Shown piece by piece: positions 8,191 through 17,845 of a stretch of 62,202 nucleotides of DNA. The DNA is from Myxococcota bacterium. GTDB taxonomy: Bacteria; Myxococcota_A; Bradymonadia; UBA7976; UBA1532. The notes below the pieces were generated by a model. The model was not told the DNA's origin. It made no database searches and saw nothing but the letters and a program-made list of their open reading frames with translations. A program made the translations under genes and the position numbers. Where the stretch lies: positions 1 to 62,202 of the forward strand of contig JAYZEG010000002.1 in the NCBI GenBank assembly GCA_036337435.1. The letters are read 5' to 3'. The first letter of the stretch is position 1, and each line of letters begins with the position of its first letter.

Positions 8191-10695
8191 CTAACCTCGG
8201 CTTTGCCCGGCCGTTCTGGCCCGCGCTTCATCACGTTCATCTTCATCTTTGCCGTCTCGACCGTCGGCATTATCCTCATTTTGTGAGGTTTCTTCGGCCT
8301 CAGCTCGAGCCTCATCGGCCCTGTTTTCTTCGTTAGAGTTAAGACGACCTGTCCTCTCATCGGCTGAGTCGACTGATTCGGGCATCGCCGTATCCTCGTC
8401 CCCGTCCACTTGGGTATCATCTCTGACAGGTCGGGCCACCGTTCGTCGACATTCACCGGCTCTCACGGTGAGGGTCCAAGAGCCGGGGCGTCTCATATTT
8501 GAATCGATAAAAATGTAGTAATCTAGGTCTTGGGACACATCGATTTGCACTCGTGATGCCGTAGTTGCGCGATTCATGTCGTCATTACACGCGATTTGGG
8601 CACGTGAGCTCCGGCAGCGGTGTTCACGGACATGGAGAACCGTGTCTAGGCGACTGCCAAGGGTGCTTAGGCAAAAAGTCCCCGAGACACTCGGTGAAAA
8701 GGAGACTACAGATTCCGCACCAGCACCGCCGCAAGTTCCCGAGTACATTTGTGTGCCGGTCACGGTCATACCAGTGATCCGTCCGGGTCCCGTCATGTGG
8801 TCTGCTGGGGCCTCACATTGGTCTCTTTCCACCGGTTCGACACAGGCGCCACGAACGCAGATTTGAGTTCCAGGGCAATCATCATGGCTCCGGCAGCGAT
8901 TTGGCTGCGGGTCAACACATTCACCGTTTTCACAGACTTGACCATATGCACAATCAGCATTGTCGTCACATCCGGTGTCCGGGTCTTCGATGCAATCGCC
9001 CTCGACACAAGTAAAGCCATCCAAGCAGACGATCTCGTCGCACGGGTCGATTTGCTCTTCGACACACTCTCCGTCGACACACACCAAATCGTCCTCAATA
9101 CAATCTTCGTCGGTTTGACACTCAGGTTCTGCATCGTGGCACAGCCAAGTGTCCAGCATGAATGTGCGCCTTTTAGGAAGAAATGTATTGATCAATGCAG
9201 GCGAGAGGTTGCCATTGAACGCAACATGCTTGAATGAGAATGACATGGCCGGCCAATCGACGGTCGGCGAGACTGGCTTGTTGGCAGAAAACTGGTGACA
9301 TCCACCGCAGGTCATCGCACCCAGTCGGTTGAGCACATGGGTGCTGTTTACCGTCGAGCTGGGGAGGCCAAGGTCGTTTGTCAACTTATCATCGATGGCA
9401 TCTTTCAGGCCTTGGTCGGCCGCACTGGCTGGGTCATCGCTGGTGTTCTGCGAATCGGAGGTAAATTGAGAAAAGACATTATCAAAAGCGGGTTCAAATC
9501 CGGTCAAGATGTCATCGGACGCACTCAATCCCAATAATTCTGGCTGGACTAAGAGTGGCACTTGGACATCGAGAAAGTTATCGACGAAATCATCGCGCAT
9601 CGCATTCGGAATGCCCGCAGCGGTTGCGGCGGTTGCGTTGTAGAGGGCTGTAATGGGATTACCCTTGATTGTGTCTGGGACAAGTTCGACCGTGCCGTCA
9701 AGGGCAATATTGGTGCGAAATTCCCGTAACTGCCAGTTCAAGTCGAGGAATTGATTGGTTCGAATCTGGCCCATGGTGCCCTGATAGTTTGCAATGGTCA
9801 CCACCGCTGGTAATGCCACGGTGTCGCCGGTGACGCTGTTTGTGACAGTGACACCATTGAGAAAGAAATCAGAAATGGCAGCTGCACGCTGGGCGTTTGT
9901 CAGACCTGGATCGGTGAGGCCTGCATAGAAATCAGCGATAGGCTGGCAACCGGCCAAGCCATCAGCCGGATTAGGATTGGGATATCGAGCTTCGAAAATC
10001 AGAGTAAAATCTTGAAACGGAACCGTCTTCAAGACCGAACTAGGGTCCAGAGAGTAGATAACCCGCTGCTCACCGCAATCCGAACCATCGGAACTGGCTA
10101 AGTCAAGGCGATTGAATGTTGCACTCGGTTTCATGTCGACCACGAATTGAGCGGCATTAATGGCATTTTCAAGTGGGCGATTGTCGACATTGGTACTGGT
10201 CATTCCATAGGCCGCCAGCGCATCGCTGTTGGCCATGGCTGTAAAATTGAAGGTATCCAACATGGTTTGCACGATCGCGGCCTGGGTGGCTGACCCAGTT
10301 GGGGTATTGGCATCGCCAGCCAGCGCATCGAGGACATTCGCCAATGAGAGTGGACTCTCCAGAGCCTGGATGTCGTTAAACACGAGTGCCGGCCCGGTTG
10401 CGGTGACAAGGTCCGCAGCCTCGCATGGTGCGGTGCCGGCCCGACGTTCGGCGTTGTCACCCTGAGGAATCAGAGCACCCGGTGTGGGTCCGCGCATTTG
10501 CCGAGGCGGTGCCAAACCGGGGGGCGACGCAGGTGACATAGGTATATTGGGCGTGGGTTGGCGTTGCAAATTAGATTGGGTGTTTGCCGCAGCGCCACTT
10601 GTCTCATCGCCAGACGTCTCCGCCGAGCAAGCAAATAAAACGCTGGTGGCAAGGCACATGGCCAGAAACCGCTTTGCTTTCGTTAATGTAGTCAT
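8191..10695 (-). CDS. Lipoprotein with a CxxCH-containing core domain, four Cys-rich repeats, a PPC-like beta domain and an acidic tail
   Basis: Lipobox LFAC. Core motifs NRLDL, GQIRTNQF, WQLREF, TCGGCH. Four C..D.DC......C..G.C-type units. DTVLHVR...CNDD domain. Confidence 0.8.
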   Translation of the reverse strand: MTTLTKAKRFLAMCLATSVLFACSAETSGDETSGAAANTQSNLQRQPTPNIPMSPASPPGLAPPRQMRGPTPGALIPQGDNAERRAGTAPCEAADLVTATGPALVFNDIQALESPLSLANVLDALAGDANTPTGSATQAAIVQTMLDTFNFTAMANSDALAAYGMTSTNVDNRPLENAINAAQFVVDMKPSATFNRLDLASSDGSDCGEQRVIYSLDPSSVLKTVPFQDFTLIFEARYPNPNPADGLAGCQPIADFYAGLTDPGLTNAQRAAAISDFFLNGVTVTNSVTGDTVALPAVVTIANYQGTMGQIRTNQFLDLNWQLREFRTNIALDGTVELVPDTIKGNPITALYNATAATAAGIPNAMRDDFVDNFLDVQVPLLVQPELLGLSASDDILTGFEPAFDNVFSQFTSDSQNTSDDPASAADQGLKDAIDDKLTNDLGLPSSTVNSTHVLNRLGAMTCGGCHQFSANKPVSPTVDWPAMSFSFKHVAFNGNLSPALINTFLPKRRTFMLDTWLCHDAEPECQTDEDCIEDDLVCVDGECVEEQIDPCDEIVCLDGFTCVEGDCIEDPDTGCDDNADCAYGQVCENGECVDPQPNRCRSHDDCPGTQICVRGACVEPVERDQCEAPADHMTGPGRITGMTVTGTQMYSGTCGGAGAESVVSFSPSVSGTFCLSTLGSRLDTVLHVREHRCRSSRAQIACNDDMNRATTASRVQIDVSQDLDYYIFIDSNMRRPGSWTLTVRAGECRRTVARPVRDDTQVDGDEDTAMPESVDSADERTGRLNSNEENRADEARAEAEETSQNEDNADGRDGKDEDERDEARARTAGQSRG

Positions 10696-10794
10696 GATTC
10701 AAACCGTCCTTTTGGTCTAATTTTTACTGTTCATCTGAATCTGTGGGTCGCTCGTGCCATGGTCGGCTCGGTCGACAGTTCACATAGAGACAAG

Positions 10795-10810
10795 AGCAAC
10801 GGCTGTGCCA
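10795..10810 (-). promoter_or_regulatory. Sigma-54 (-24/-12) promoter of the 834-aa lipoprotein gene
   Basis: Minus strand TGGCAC-AGCCG-TTGCT matches TGGCAC-N5-TTGCW, about 100 bp upstream of the start. An AT-rich IHF-like element lies at 10829-10847. Confidence 0.8.
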
Positions 10811-11035
10811 AACATGCAAAACCCTGACATTATTGAACTTTTTATTCGAACACCCAGGGTGACTGATATTTAAAGACAAGCGTGCTTGACAGCTGACAAC
10901 CAAACACGACAGCCATTAAGTGTCTGGAGTCGTGGGTGTGATAGGCCAATAAAGCGACTTCAGACGATAGCCAACCAGGGAGATTAAACCAGACTAGCTA
11001 TAGGTCGATCCGATGGCGTCTGAATTGCCATTGAC

Positions 11036-11551
11036 TCAAGACCATGACCGAGTTCGACAGGCGAGAATAGTGCCGACAATGGTGGCTAAGCTTAACCATT
11101 TTACGCAGGCTGCAGCACCAGCCCACGGAACCAAATGAGCGTGGGCTAATAGGTTTTTTTCGGTCATGATGAGGTGAAGTATATTCTCCGTATAATCGGC
11201 CACTGCGGCCAACAGGGGTACGTACAACACGGTCTCGCAAAACTGAGTGGGCTCGATTCGTTTCACCGAAGAGACAAGACAGTTATACAAAAACACGGCG
11301 TATGCGAACGGATAGACAAAATCGGCGATGAAATGTCGTCGGTAGGCTTGGTATTGGCCTTCGGTCCAACCATGAAAAATCGTTGCGAAAGACGTCGGGT
11401 CAAAGGTGAGTTGGAGACGCATTAAATCCGCTGTTTGATCGCCCAGAAGCTGGGCCATGTAAATTTGCAGTCCGACAACCGCAGTTAAGCTCATCCAAAA
11501 GGCGTTTACACCAACGAAGCCTTTAAGAATCCTTGGGCCAATATGCACCAC
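11036..11551 (-). CDS. Hypothetical integral membrane protein (about 4 TM)
   Basis: Hydrophobic segments with DFVYP and ADYTEN motifs. GGAGGAGG RBS before a GTG start. Confidence 0.75.
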   Translation of the reverse strand: MVHIGPRILKGFVGVNAFWMSLTAVVGLQIYMAQLLGDQTADLMRLQLTFDPTSFATIFHGWTEGQYQAYRRHFIADFVYPFAYAVFLYNCLVSSVKRIEPTQFCETVLYVPLLAAVADYTENILHLIMTEKNLLAHAHLVPWAGAAACVKWLSLATIVGTILACRTRSWS

Positions 11552-11714
11552 AAATCACCTCCTCCTCCATAGGATTAAGTCCTTTGCAAGTGTTGCGCAA
11601 CCGATCCCGATTAGGCCGCGCTTGAAATACTGATTCTCTCAGAATCACTTGCGCAAAAATACCGAGGCGGTATAGGTGTGTTCGGAAGCGTCAGTCAGGA
11701 TGGATCAACGGCCA

Positions 11715-12905
11715 ATGAATATTCGAACCCTGTTTTTTCTCGCAGCCATAACGCTGCTGCTCGTCCCAATCGCATTGAATAATTTAAGCGAATACCAGGC
11801 ACGTAATGCGGTCGATGCCATCGCATTAGAGCACATCGTTGCTGGCGAGAAGGCGCTTGACGGCAAACGGTTTTTAGTCGCCGAGAAAGCCTTTGCGTCG
11901 GCCGTCCAACTTAGGCCTGCCGAAGCGCGCGGAGTGATCGGGCTTCACCGTGCCCAGGCAAGCCGGATCATCAACGCCAACGAAACATTGGATCGTGAAG
12001 GCGCCTATAGGCTTCTCTATCGGCTCGAGAACATGCCCAGCAAAGACCCTGACAGAAAAAAGTTGTATGAGCTTGCATTGGCCAATATCTACTCTGCACT
12101 CGGCGATACCGACTCTGCTAAAAAATCACTCGATGCCGCGACTACAGGCCCCAATCCAAGTAGCAAAGCCTGGGCGATGCGTGGGTCATTCGAAAGCAAA
12201 ACGGGCGCTCTAGACGCCGCCGTGAAAAGCTTTGAGAGCGCGCTTGAAGTCGATGACAAAAACGGGGGCGCCCGTCTTGGGCTTGGCATGGCCTACAAGC
12301 GTCAAAAGAAGCTCAAACAAGCGGCCGATCAACTTCAGCGCGCGACTGAACTTTTGACCGGACCCAAAGCATGGTACGAGTTGGGTGCGACTCAATTGCA
12401 ATCGGGCGACTTTGAGTCTGCCTACCGCTCGCTATCTGCCGCAGCCAATGTGCACCCTGCGCTCAACTCAGAACCCAGCTTGCTTTTTCGATTGGGCGTG
12501 GCTGCATACAAGACCAATAAATTTGATCAAGCCGTCAATTATCTCGAAGCCGCTTACAAACTCGAACAATCATTGGATACGTCGCTTAACCTCGGTGTTG
12601 CCTATCAAAAGGTTGGTCGGCACCAAGATGCAGCGAGGACATTGGTGCAGCTTGTGAAAAAACAACCCGCTCATGGGGAAGCTCATGCACTTCTCATGAA
12701 AAGTTTGGTGCAATTAAATCAAGCGGAGGCCGCCCGCAAACTCGGTCGCCAGTATCTGGCACGCGCACAGAACCGACCCGCCATGCAGAATGGTGCAGCC
12801 CTCATAAAACCATTGCTCCAACAGCTGCGTGCCACGTTGCCGAAACAAATCATGAAAACCCCGCTGCCTGCGAAGGCGAAGTCGTCCAAGAAAAGCAAAA
12901 AGTAA
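11715..12905 (+). CDS. Membrane-anchored TPR repeat protein
   Basis: N-terminal hydrophobic helix followed by repeated TPR patterns (AWYELG, LFRLG..AY, LNLG..Y). Start could also be 11700. Confidence 0.85.
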   Translation: MNIRTLFFLAAITLLLVPIALNNLSEYQARNAVDAIALEHIVAGEKALDGKRFLVAEKAFASAVQLRPAEARGVIGLHRAQASRIINANETLDREGAYRLLYRLENMPSKDPDRKKLYELALANIYSALGDTDSAKKSLDAATTGPNPSSKAWAMRGSFESKTGALDAAVKSFESALEVDDKNGGARLGLGMAYKRQKKLKQAADQLQRATELLTGPKAWYELGATQLQSGDFESAYRSLSAAANVHPALNSEPSLLFRLGVAAYKTNKFDQAVNYLEAAYKLEQSLDTSLNLGVAYQKVGRHQDAARTLVQLVKKQPAHGEAHALLMKSLVQLNQAEAARKLGRQYLARAQNRPAMQNGAALIKPLLQQLRATLPKQIMKTPLPAKAKSSKKSKK

Positions 12906-13065
12906 AACCGGCCAGTCCGTCTTCAGCAAAGAATAAACGATAGCATTTCCGAAACCGCCTACTGTCGTGTGACCAATACCGCCTGCACTGATAAAGGGCC
13001 TGGCAATTACAGGCTGTCGACCAGAACAAGACCCATGATCGATTTTATCAATCGACCACTTTCAC

Positions 13066-13112
13066 TTGACAGCGATGTTGAGAACCACTAATTAAACAAA
13101 CGATTAATTAGT
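13066..13112 (+). promoter_or_regulatory. Sigma-70-type promoter overlapped by a palindromic operator (likely the TetR site)
   Basis: TTGACA at 13066-13071. Perfect 9-bp inverted repeat ACTAATTAA-N8-TTAATTAGT (13087-13112) covers the -10 region just before the TetR gene. Confidence 0.7.
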
Positions 13113-13128
13113 TATTTGGAGTGAGCCC

Positions 13129-13755
13129 ATGGCGTGTCCAGCAAACGCAAATGCGGCCGACACAAAACAGCGCATCATCGAGGCTGCATCGGAGTTGTTT
13201 GCGCACAAAGGTCGAGACGGAACATCCGTTCGTGAGATCGCGGAAAGTGCTCACGTCAACAGTGCGATGATCAGTCATTATTTCGGGGGCAAAGATGGCT
13301 TATACCAAGACTGCATTCGCTGTTTGTACGAGGCGATGGGAACCGGACAAGCTGCATTGGAAGTGGCTTTAGTCAATGGAGAAGACATCCCAGAGGTGCT
13401 CGAGAGCACCATGCACCATGCCATCAACTTTGCTCGCGAGAAGCGGGACATGATTCGCCTGGTCATGCGCCATGTGCTCGACAGGGGTGAACTTGACCCG
13501 AAGCGACGGGACAGCGTGCTGCTCCCCTTTTTGGACAAGGCGAGTCAGGCAATTGCGCCCGTGTCGATGCTCAGTGAATCAGACATCAGGATGGGCCTTC
13601 AAAGTCTGATTTTCCTAACCGTTCGATATGCACTGAGTACGGACGACGAGCTTAAACAAATCACAGGCGACAATACCCAATTCCTTGTCAAAATTGGCGA
13701 CCATCTCGCCACGACCAGTCAACATGTTCTCGGTCTGAGAGGAGACGTAAAATGA
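13129..13755 (+). CDS. TetR/AcrR family transcriptional regulator
   Basis: RIIEAASELFAHKG..GTSVREIA..A.VN.AMISHYFGGKDGLY helix-turn-helix. Confidence 0.95.
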   Translation: MACPANANAADTKQRIIEAASELFAHKGRDGTSVREIAESAHVNSAMISHYFGGKDGLYQDCIRCLYEAMGTGQAALEVALVNGEDIPEVLESTMHHAINFAREKRDMIRLVMRHVLDRGELDPKRRDSVLLPFLDKASQAIAPVSMLSESDIRMGLQSLIFLTVRYALSTDDELKQITGDNTQFLVKIGDHLATTSQHVLGLRGDVK

Positions 13756-14636
13756 GTGCTGCAGCCGTATTTGAAATGGGTGTAAACACCGCCGCTGATA
13801 TCGATGACCTACCCTTGGATACTCGGTTTGAGTTGGGCTCTGAGATCACACCGATCCAAGCCGCATTTCTGGAGCGGCATGGGTATCTAATTTTCGGCAA
13901 TGTAGCCTCAGCCGATGAGGTTGCTCAAATCAATCAGGAAGTGAACCGAATCGAATCTGAATGGATTCAAGCAGAACGCAAGGTCATCAACGGCGTGCCG
14001 ATTTTTCAAGGGGTGGGATTGGAAAACAAACCCATGATGCAACGAATCCCATTTTCGTCATGCTACTCAGATTTTATTCGACAGTTTATTCGAAGTGAAC
14101 GTTTCGAACCGGTCCGTAAACTCATCGGAGATAATGTTCGAATCGGCGATAATGAAAAAGACGGGTGCGTTGTAAACACCTACGTCAACGTGCCGGGCAG
14201 CGTTTATCCAAAACTGGGCTGGCACACGGACGGGCTTAGAGACCTGTTTTACTTTCGAATGCCAAAGCAGATGTTGAACGTCGGCATCCATCTGACCGAT
14301 TGCCCGGCATCCAACGGAGGTCTAAGACTGTTGCCTGGTACACATCACCAGGGCTTCTTCAAGATGTGCTTTCACAAACTCTACTTTGTGGACCACAAAC
14401 CCGACCCCAATGAGGTTACCGTCGAAACGCGAGCGGGCGATCTGACAATCCATGACGGACGGTTGTGGCATCGTGTGCAACAATCGCCGCACACGGGCGC
14501 AGCCAGTGTTCGACGGAGCATGTATGTGCCGTACCTAACCGACGATTTTGAGCCAAAGCATGAGGCTAGTAAAACACCCTTTTATCATCATCTCGGCGCG
14601 TTGGCTCGAAAACTGAAGCTGTGGAGACATCGCTAA
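13752..14636 (+). CDS. Phytanoyl-CoA dioxygenase (PhyH) family Fe(II)/2-oxoglutarate dioxygenase
   Basis: WHTD (HxD), NGGLRLLPGTH, AGDLTIHDGRLWH and RRS motifs. ATGA overlap with the TetR gene. Confidence 0.9.
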   Translation: MSAAAVFEMGVNTAADIDDLPLDTRFELGSEITPIQAAFLERHGYLIFGNVASADEVAQINQEVNRIESEWIQAERKVINGVPIFQGVGLENKPMMQRIPFSSCYSDFIRQFIRSERFEPVRKLIGDNVRIGDNEKDGCVVNTYVNVPGSVYPKLGWHTDGLRDLFYFRMPKQMLNVGIHLTDCPASNGGLRLLPGTHHQGFFKMCFHKLYFVDHKPDPNEVTVETRAGDLTIHDGRLWHRVQQSPHTGAASVRRSMYVPYLTDDFEPKHEASKTPFYHHLGALARKLKLWRHR

Positions 14637-14714
14637 CCTGTCCCACCTAAATGGGTCGGTAACGGCCATTGGATGCGAGCGGCACCTGCACATGACGCAC
14701 CAGCGGTTGCTCTT

Positions 14715-15281
14715 TTAACGACCGGTGCAAAGTTGACGAAATGGCTGGCTGAGGTCACGGGCGAAGGAGACAAAAAGCTCGCATGTGGCTTGTTCACAAA
14801 GGATTGGAGAGCTATCACAAAGCGTTTCCCGACATACGGAAAAAGCAGTGCGATATTCTCGTGCATCTTCGGTGATACAAAATGAACCAGCACAGCGTGC
14901 GAGATAAACACAGAGGTCATCGCATACATTTTGAGGTCCGCATGCCGGAGGTTGATCCGGGACCGACGTGACGCAGGTATCGATACACGTCCCTTCAATA
15001 CATGTTACGCGACACCCAGGGATGTCGGGGATCATGCAATCAGAGCCATCTGTGCAACCGCCAACAGTGCCGTCGTGCTCGACAGATGAGTCGGATGAGC
15101 GGCCAAAATCAGTCGCAGCACCACCATCAGGTTTAGCAGGACTCGATGATCCGTTGGTTGGGTCGATGGTTCCAGACCCCATATCGCTCCAAGTCCCCGT
15201 ATACCCTTGGTCATTGATGTTGACTTTGCCGCATCCAAGCAACAAGCACGCGAACAGGACACATGAGATTTCCGATTTCAT
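14715..15281 (-). CDS. Cys-rich lipoprotein
   Basis: MKSEISCVLFACLLLGC lipobox, Ser/Asp/Gly linker, then many paired Cys. Start trimmed from 15488. Confidence 0.7.
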   Translation of the reverse strand: MKSEISCVLFACLLLGCGKVNINDQGYTGTWSDMGSGTIDPTNGSSSPAKPDGGAATDFGRSSDSSVEHDGTVGGCTDGSDCMIPDIPGCRVTCIEGTCIDTCVTSVPDQPPACGPQNVCDDLCVYLARCAGSFCITEDAREYRTAFSVCRETLCDSSPILCEQATCELFVSFARDLSQPFRQLCTGR

Positions 15282-15486
15282 AGCGACAGCCCAGACGTAG
15301 AAACGCCGTCCTGAAGACGGACGATGAGGTGTTTTCAGCGTAACCAAATTGAGCGGCAACCACTCATTTAGTTCCACACGGGGGTCTAGCGGATTTGGGC
15401 CCAGTTGTCGACACAGCAGAATATCCTTGGGGCCGGAGAACGGATCGTGTTCAATGTGTTGAGGGGCATTTAGGGGGAGTCGAGTC

Positions 15487-16095
15487 ATGTTTACAGGGAT
15501 TGTGGCGTGTTGCGGTCAAGTCAAAGATGCAAGACTGTCACGGGGTATTTTGAGGCTCGAACTGGGAACACCAGACGGGCTCACGAAGGACCTTGAACGG
15601 GGGGCGAGCGTCTCAGTCAACGGAGTTTGCTTAACCGTTGTGGATTGGACAACCCATTCCATCAAGTTCGACGTTATCCAAGAGAGCTTAGACCGCTCTA
15701 ATTTAGGTGCCTTGAAGGTCGGCGATTTGGTTAACCTTGAACGCGCGGCCCGTTTTGGCGACGAAATCGGTGGGCACATGCTTTCTGGTCACGTCCATAC
15801 CCAAGCAAAAATCGCCGAGATCGTTGATGCCGAAGACAACGTGAGCATGCGTCTTACCATCGACGCCCAGTGGTGCCCATTTGTTATCAGCAAAGGCTAT
15901 ATCGCGATCGACGGCTGCAGTCTCACCATTGGTGACGTAAACGAGACGGATTTTTGGATCCATTTGATCCCGGAGACGTTGCGGGTAACGCACCTCAGCG
16001 AGCGCCGTCCAGGTGACACCTTGAACATCGAAATCGATCATCAAACGCAGGTCATAGTGGAGACGGTTGAACGGTACCTGAAATCGAGGAACTAG
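15487..16095 (+). CDS. ribE: Riboflavin synthase alpha chain (ribC in E. coli nomenclature)
   Basis: MFTGIV N-terminus, SVSVNGVCLTV, VNLERA..FGDEIGGH..SGHV, KGYIAIDGCSLT. Confidence 0.96.
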   Translation: MFTGIVACCGQVKDARLSRGILRLELGTPDGLTKDLERGASVSVNGVCLTVVDWTTHSIKFDVIQESLDRSNLGALKVGDLVNLERAARFGDEIGGHMLSGHVHTQAKIAEIVDAEDNVSMRLTIDAQWCPFVISKGYIAIDGCSLTIGDVNETDFWIHLIPETLRVTHLSERRPGDTLNIEIDHQTQVIVETVERYLKSRN

Positions 16096-16186
16096 ACTCG
16101 GCCCATTGAGTCCGATGCGAGACCATAAATCGCTCTATGGTCTTGCCGGGACAGATTTTTTACAAGAGCGAGGAAAAGGAATTGTC

Positions 16187-16639
16187 ATGTTAAACGTTGG
16201 CGACAAAGCACCTGAATTTTCACTGCAAGACCAGGATGGGAACACCGTCTCACTAACCGATTACAAGGGGCGCAAGGTTCTGCTCTGGTTTTACCCAAAG
16301 GCCAGCACACCGGGCTGCACCGCCGAGGGCTGCAACATCCGTGACAATATCAACGCGTTCACCGAGAAAAATGTCGCCATTCTCGGTATGAGTAAGGATT
16401 CGGTGAAACGGCAAAAAAACTTCGCAACCAAGCAGGAATTCCCGTATCCACTGCTGTCAGATGAGCCTGGTGACATTGTCCAAGCCTATGGATGCTGGGG
16501 ACGAAAGAAATTCATGGGCCGCGAGTTTGACGGCATTCTCAGAAAATCATTTCTCATTGATGAAGACGGAAACATCGAACGAATTTATGAAAAAGTTAAA
16601 ACGAAAAGCCACGGCACCGACGTTCTGGCTGATCTTTAG
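16187..16639 (+). CDS. bcp: Thioredoxin-dependent peroxiredoxin (BCP/PrxQ)
   Basis: FYPKASTPGCTAEGC motif and VGDKAPEFSL. AAGGA RBS before ATG 16187. Confidence 0.95.
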   Translation: MLNVGDKAPEFSLQDQDGNTVSLTDYKGRKVLLWFYPKASTPGCTAEGCNIRDNINAFTEKNVAILGMSKDSVKRQKNFATKQEFPYPLLSDEPGDIVQAYGCWGRKKFMGREFDGILRKSFLIDEDGNIERIYEKVKTKSHGTDVLADL

Positions 16640-17699
16640 CCTCACGGCCCTCAGCACCGGCTGTGAGGTTTCAGTCAGCGACACACCATCCGATGACGTA
16701 GGACGCGTGCCATCTCTGGATGCCATCATTGACGAACAAAACGATGGGGCAAGCACTGGAAGCACTACACCCGATTCTGACCTTGACGTAGGGTTCGTCG
16801 AAGACACCGGTTCGTCACAACCCACAGATGACGGTGTGGCCGATACGGAAAGGACCCAGGTCTCGTCAATTGATACCGGGATCGACGAGCGCGACGATGG
16901 CGATACAGGCATCACAGAGACGGATTCACCTGATGGAGCTACAGGCGGTTCAACAGACGGTCAAATGTCTAGACCGGACCAGCCCATGAGGGGCGACGGG
17001 AGTGCGCCTGGCAACGATGCAGCGGCGACGCCACCTGATGCTGCGGTCCTGGATATCGAGGAGCGAACCGATGCGGTGGTCGAGGCTGCAAGCGATGCGG
17101 GCGTTCCTGACGCCGATACGCCCATGGTCATTGATTCATCCGTCGATGGCGGTGCAGCGAACGTTGACTTTGGTGCTCTTGACAGCCGTGCGGACGACGC
17201 TCAGATGGCCGATAACGGGCAGTACCCTGAAGGCCCGTATGGCGTCGCTGTCGGCGACGTCATAGCGAATTTGAGCTTTGTCGACTCGACCGATGCACCA
17301 ACCGACCTAGAGACTCTTCGGCGCGACGGCGATGCCGGCTTCCTCGTCCTGTTTAACGCTGTGGCCTGGTGTGGCTCATGTGTGAGGAACATGGTCACAT
17401 TGCAAGCCTCTCAAACTCGGTTAGCTGATGCTGGTGTGCGCATCGTGGTCTCGCTGTACGACAACGAAAACTTCATGCCGGCCGATGCCGTCGATGCAAA
17501 CCGATGGCAGCAACGAAACAATCTAACAATGCCAGTCGTCGCCGATGGCGAGCGCTCACTCGCTGCTTATTTCGACCCCTTCGCCAGAAACACCTATTTG
17601 GTGATTGAAGTCGATGAAATGCGGATAGTGGCTCGCGGACAGCGGTACAATTCAGCGGCCTTCAATGACCAACTCGACGGCCTGCTGGACCCGAACTAG
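16587..17699 (+). CDS. Lipoprotein with a long acidic linker and a C-terminal thioredoxin-like (redoxin) domain
   Basis: LSTGC lipobox, roughly 190-aa D/T/G/A-rich linker, YPEGPYG..VGD and WCGSC. The start overlaps the bcp end and is uncertain. Confidence 0.75.
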   Translation: MKKLKRKATAPTFWLIFSLTALSTGCEVSVSDTPSDDVGRVPSLDAIIDEQNDGASTGSTTPDSDLDVGFVEDTGSSQPTDDGVADTERTQVSSIDTGIDERDDGDTGITETDSPDGATGGSTDGQMSRPDQPMRGDGSAPGNDAAATPPDAAVLDIEERTDAVVEAASDAGVPDADTPMVIDSSVDGGAANVDFGALDSRADDAQMADNGQYPEGPYGVAVGDVIANLSFVDSTDAPTDLETLRRDGDAGFLVLFNAVAWCGSCVRNMVTLQASQTRLADAGVRIVVSLYDNENFMPADAVDANRWQQRNNLTMPVVADGERSLAAYFDPFARNTYLVIEVDEMRIVARGQRYNSAAFNDQLDGLLDPN

Positions 17700-17845
17700 G
17701 GTGCCGGAAGCTCGGTATCAAGCGCCCCGAGTAGCAAGGTTGAGAAGGTCAACAGCAAAGATCTATCCAGCACGAAAAGGGGGTTCTACACAGGCGCAGA
17801 GGTGGCTATGGTGGAGATGAGATTGCGTGAAAGTGACTTTTCGTT

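Noticed and set aside
15282..15486. Possible FMN riboswitch before ribE, and the extension of ORF 14715..15488
   Set aside because: No recognisable RFN conserved blocks. The region reads as a divergent intergenic spacer.
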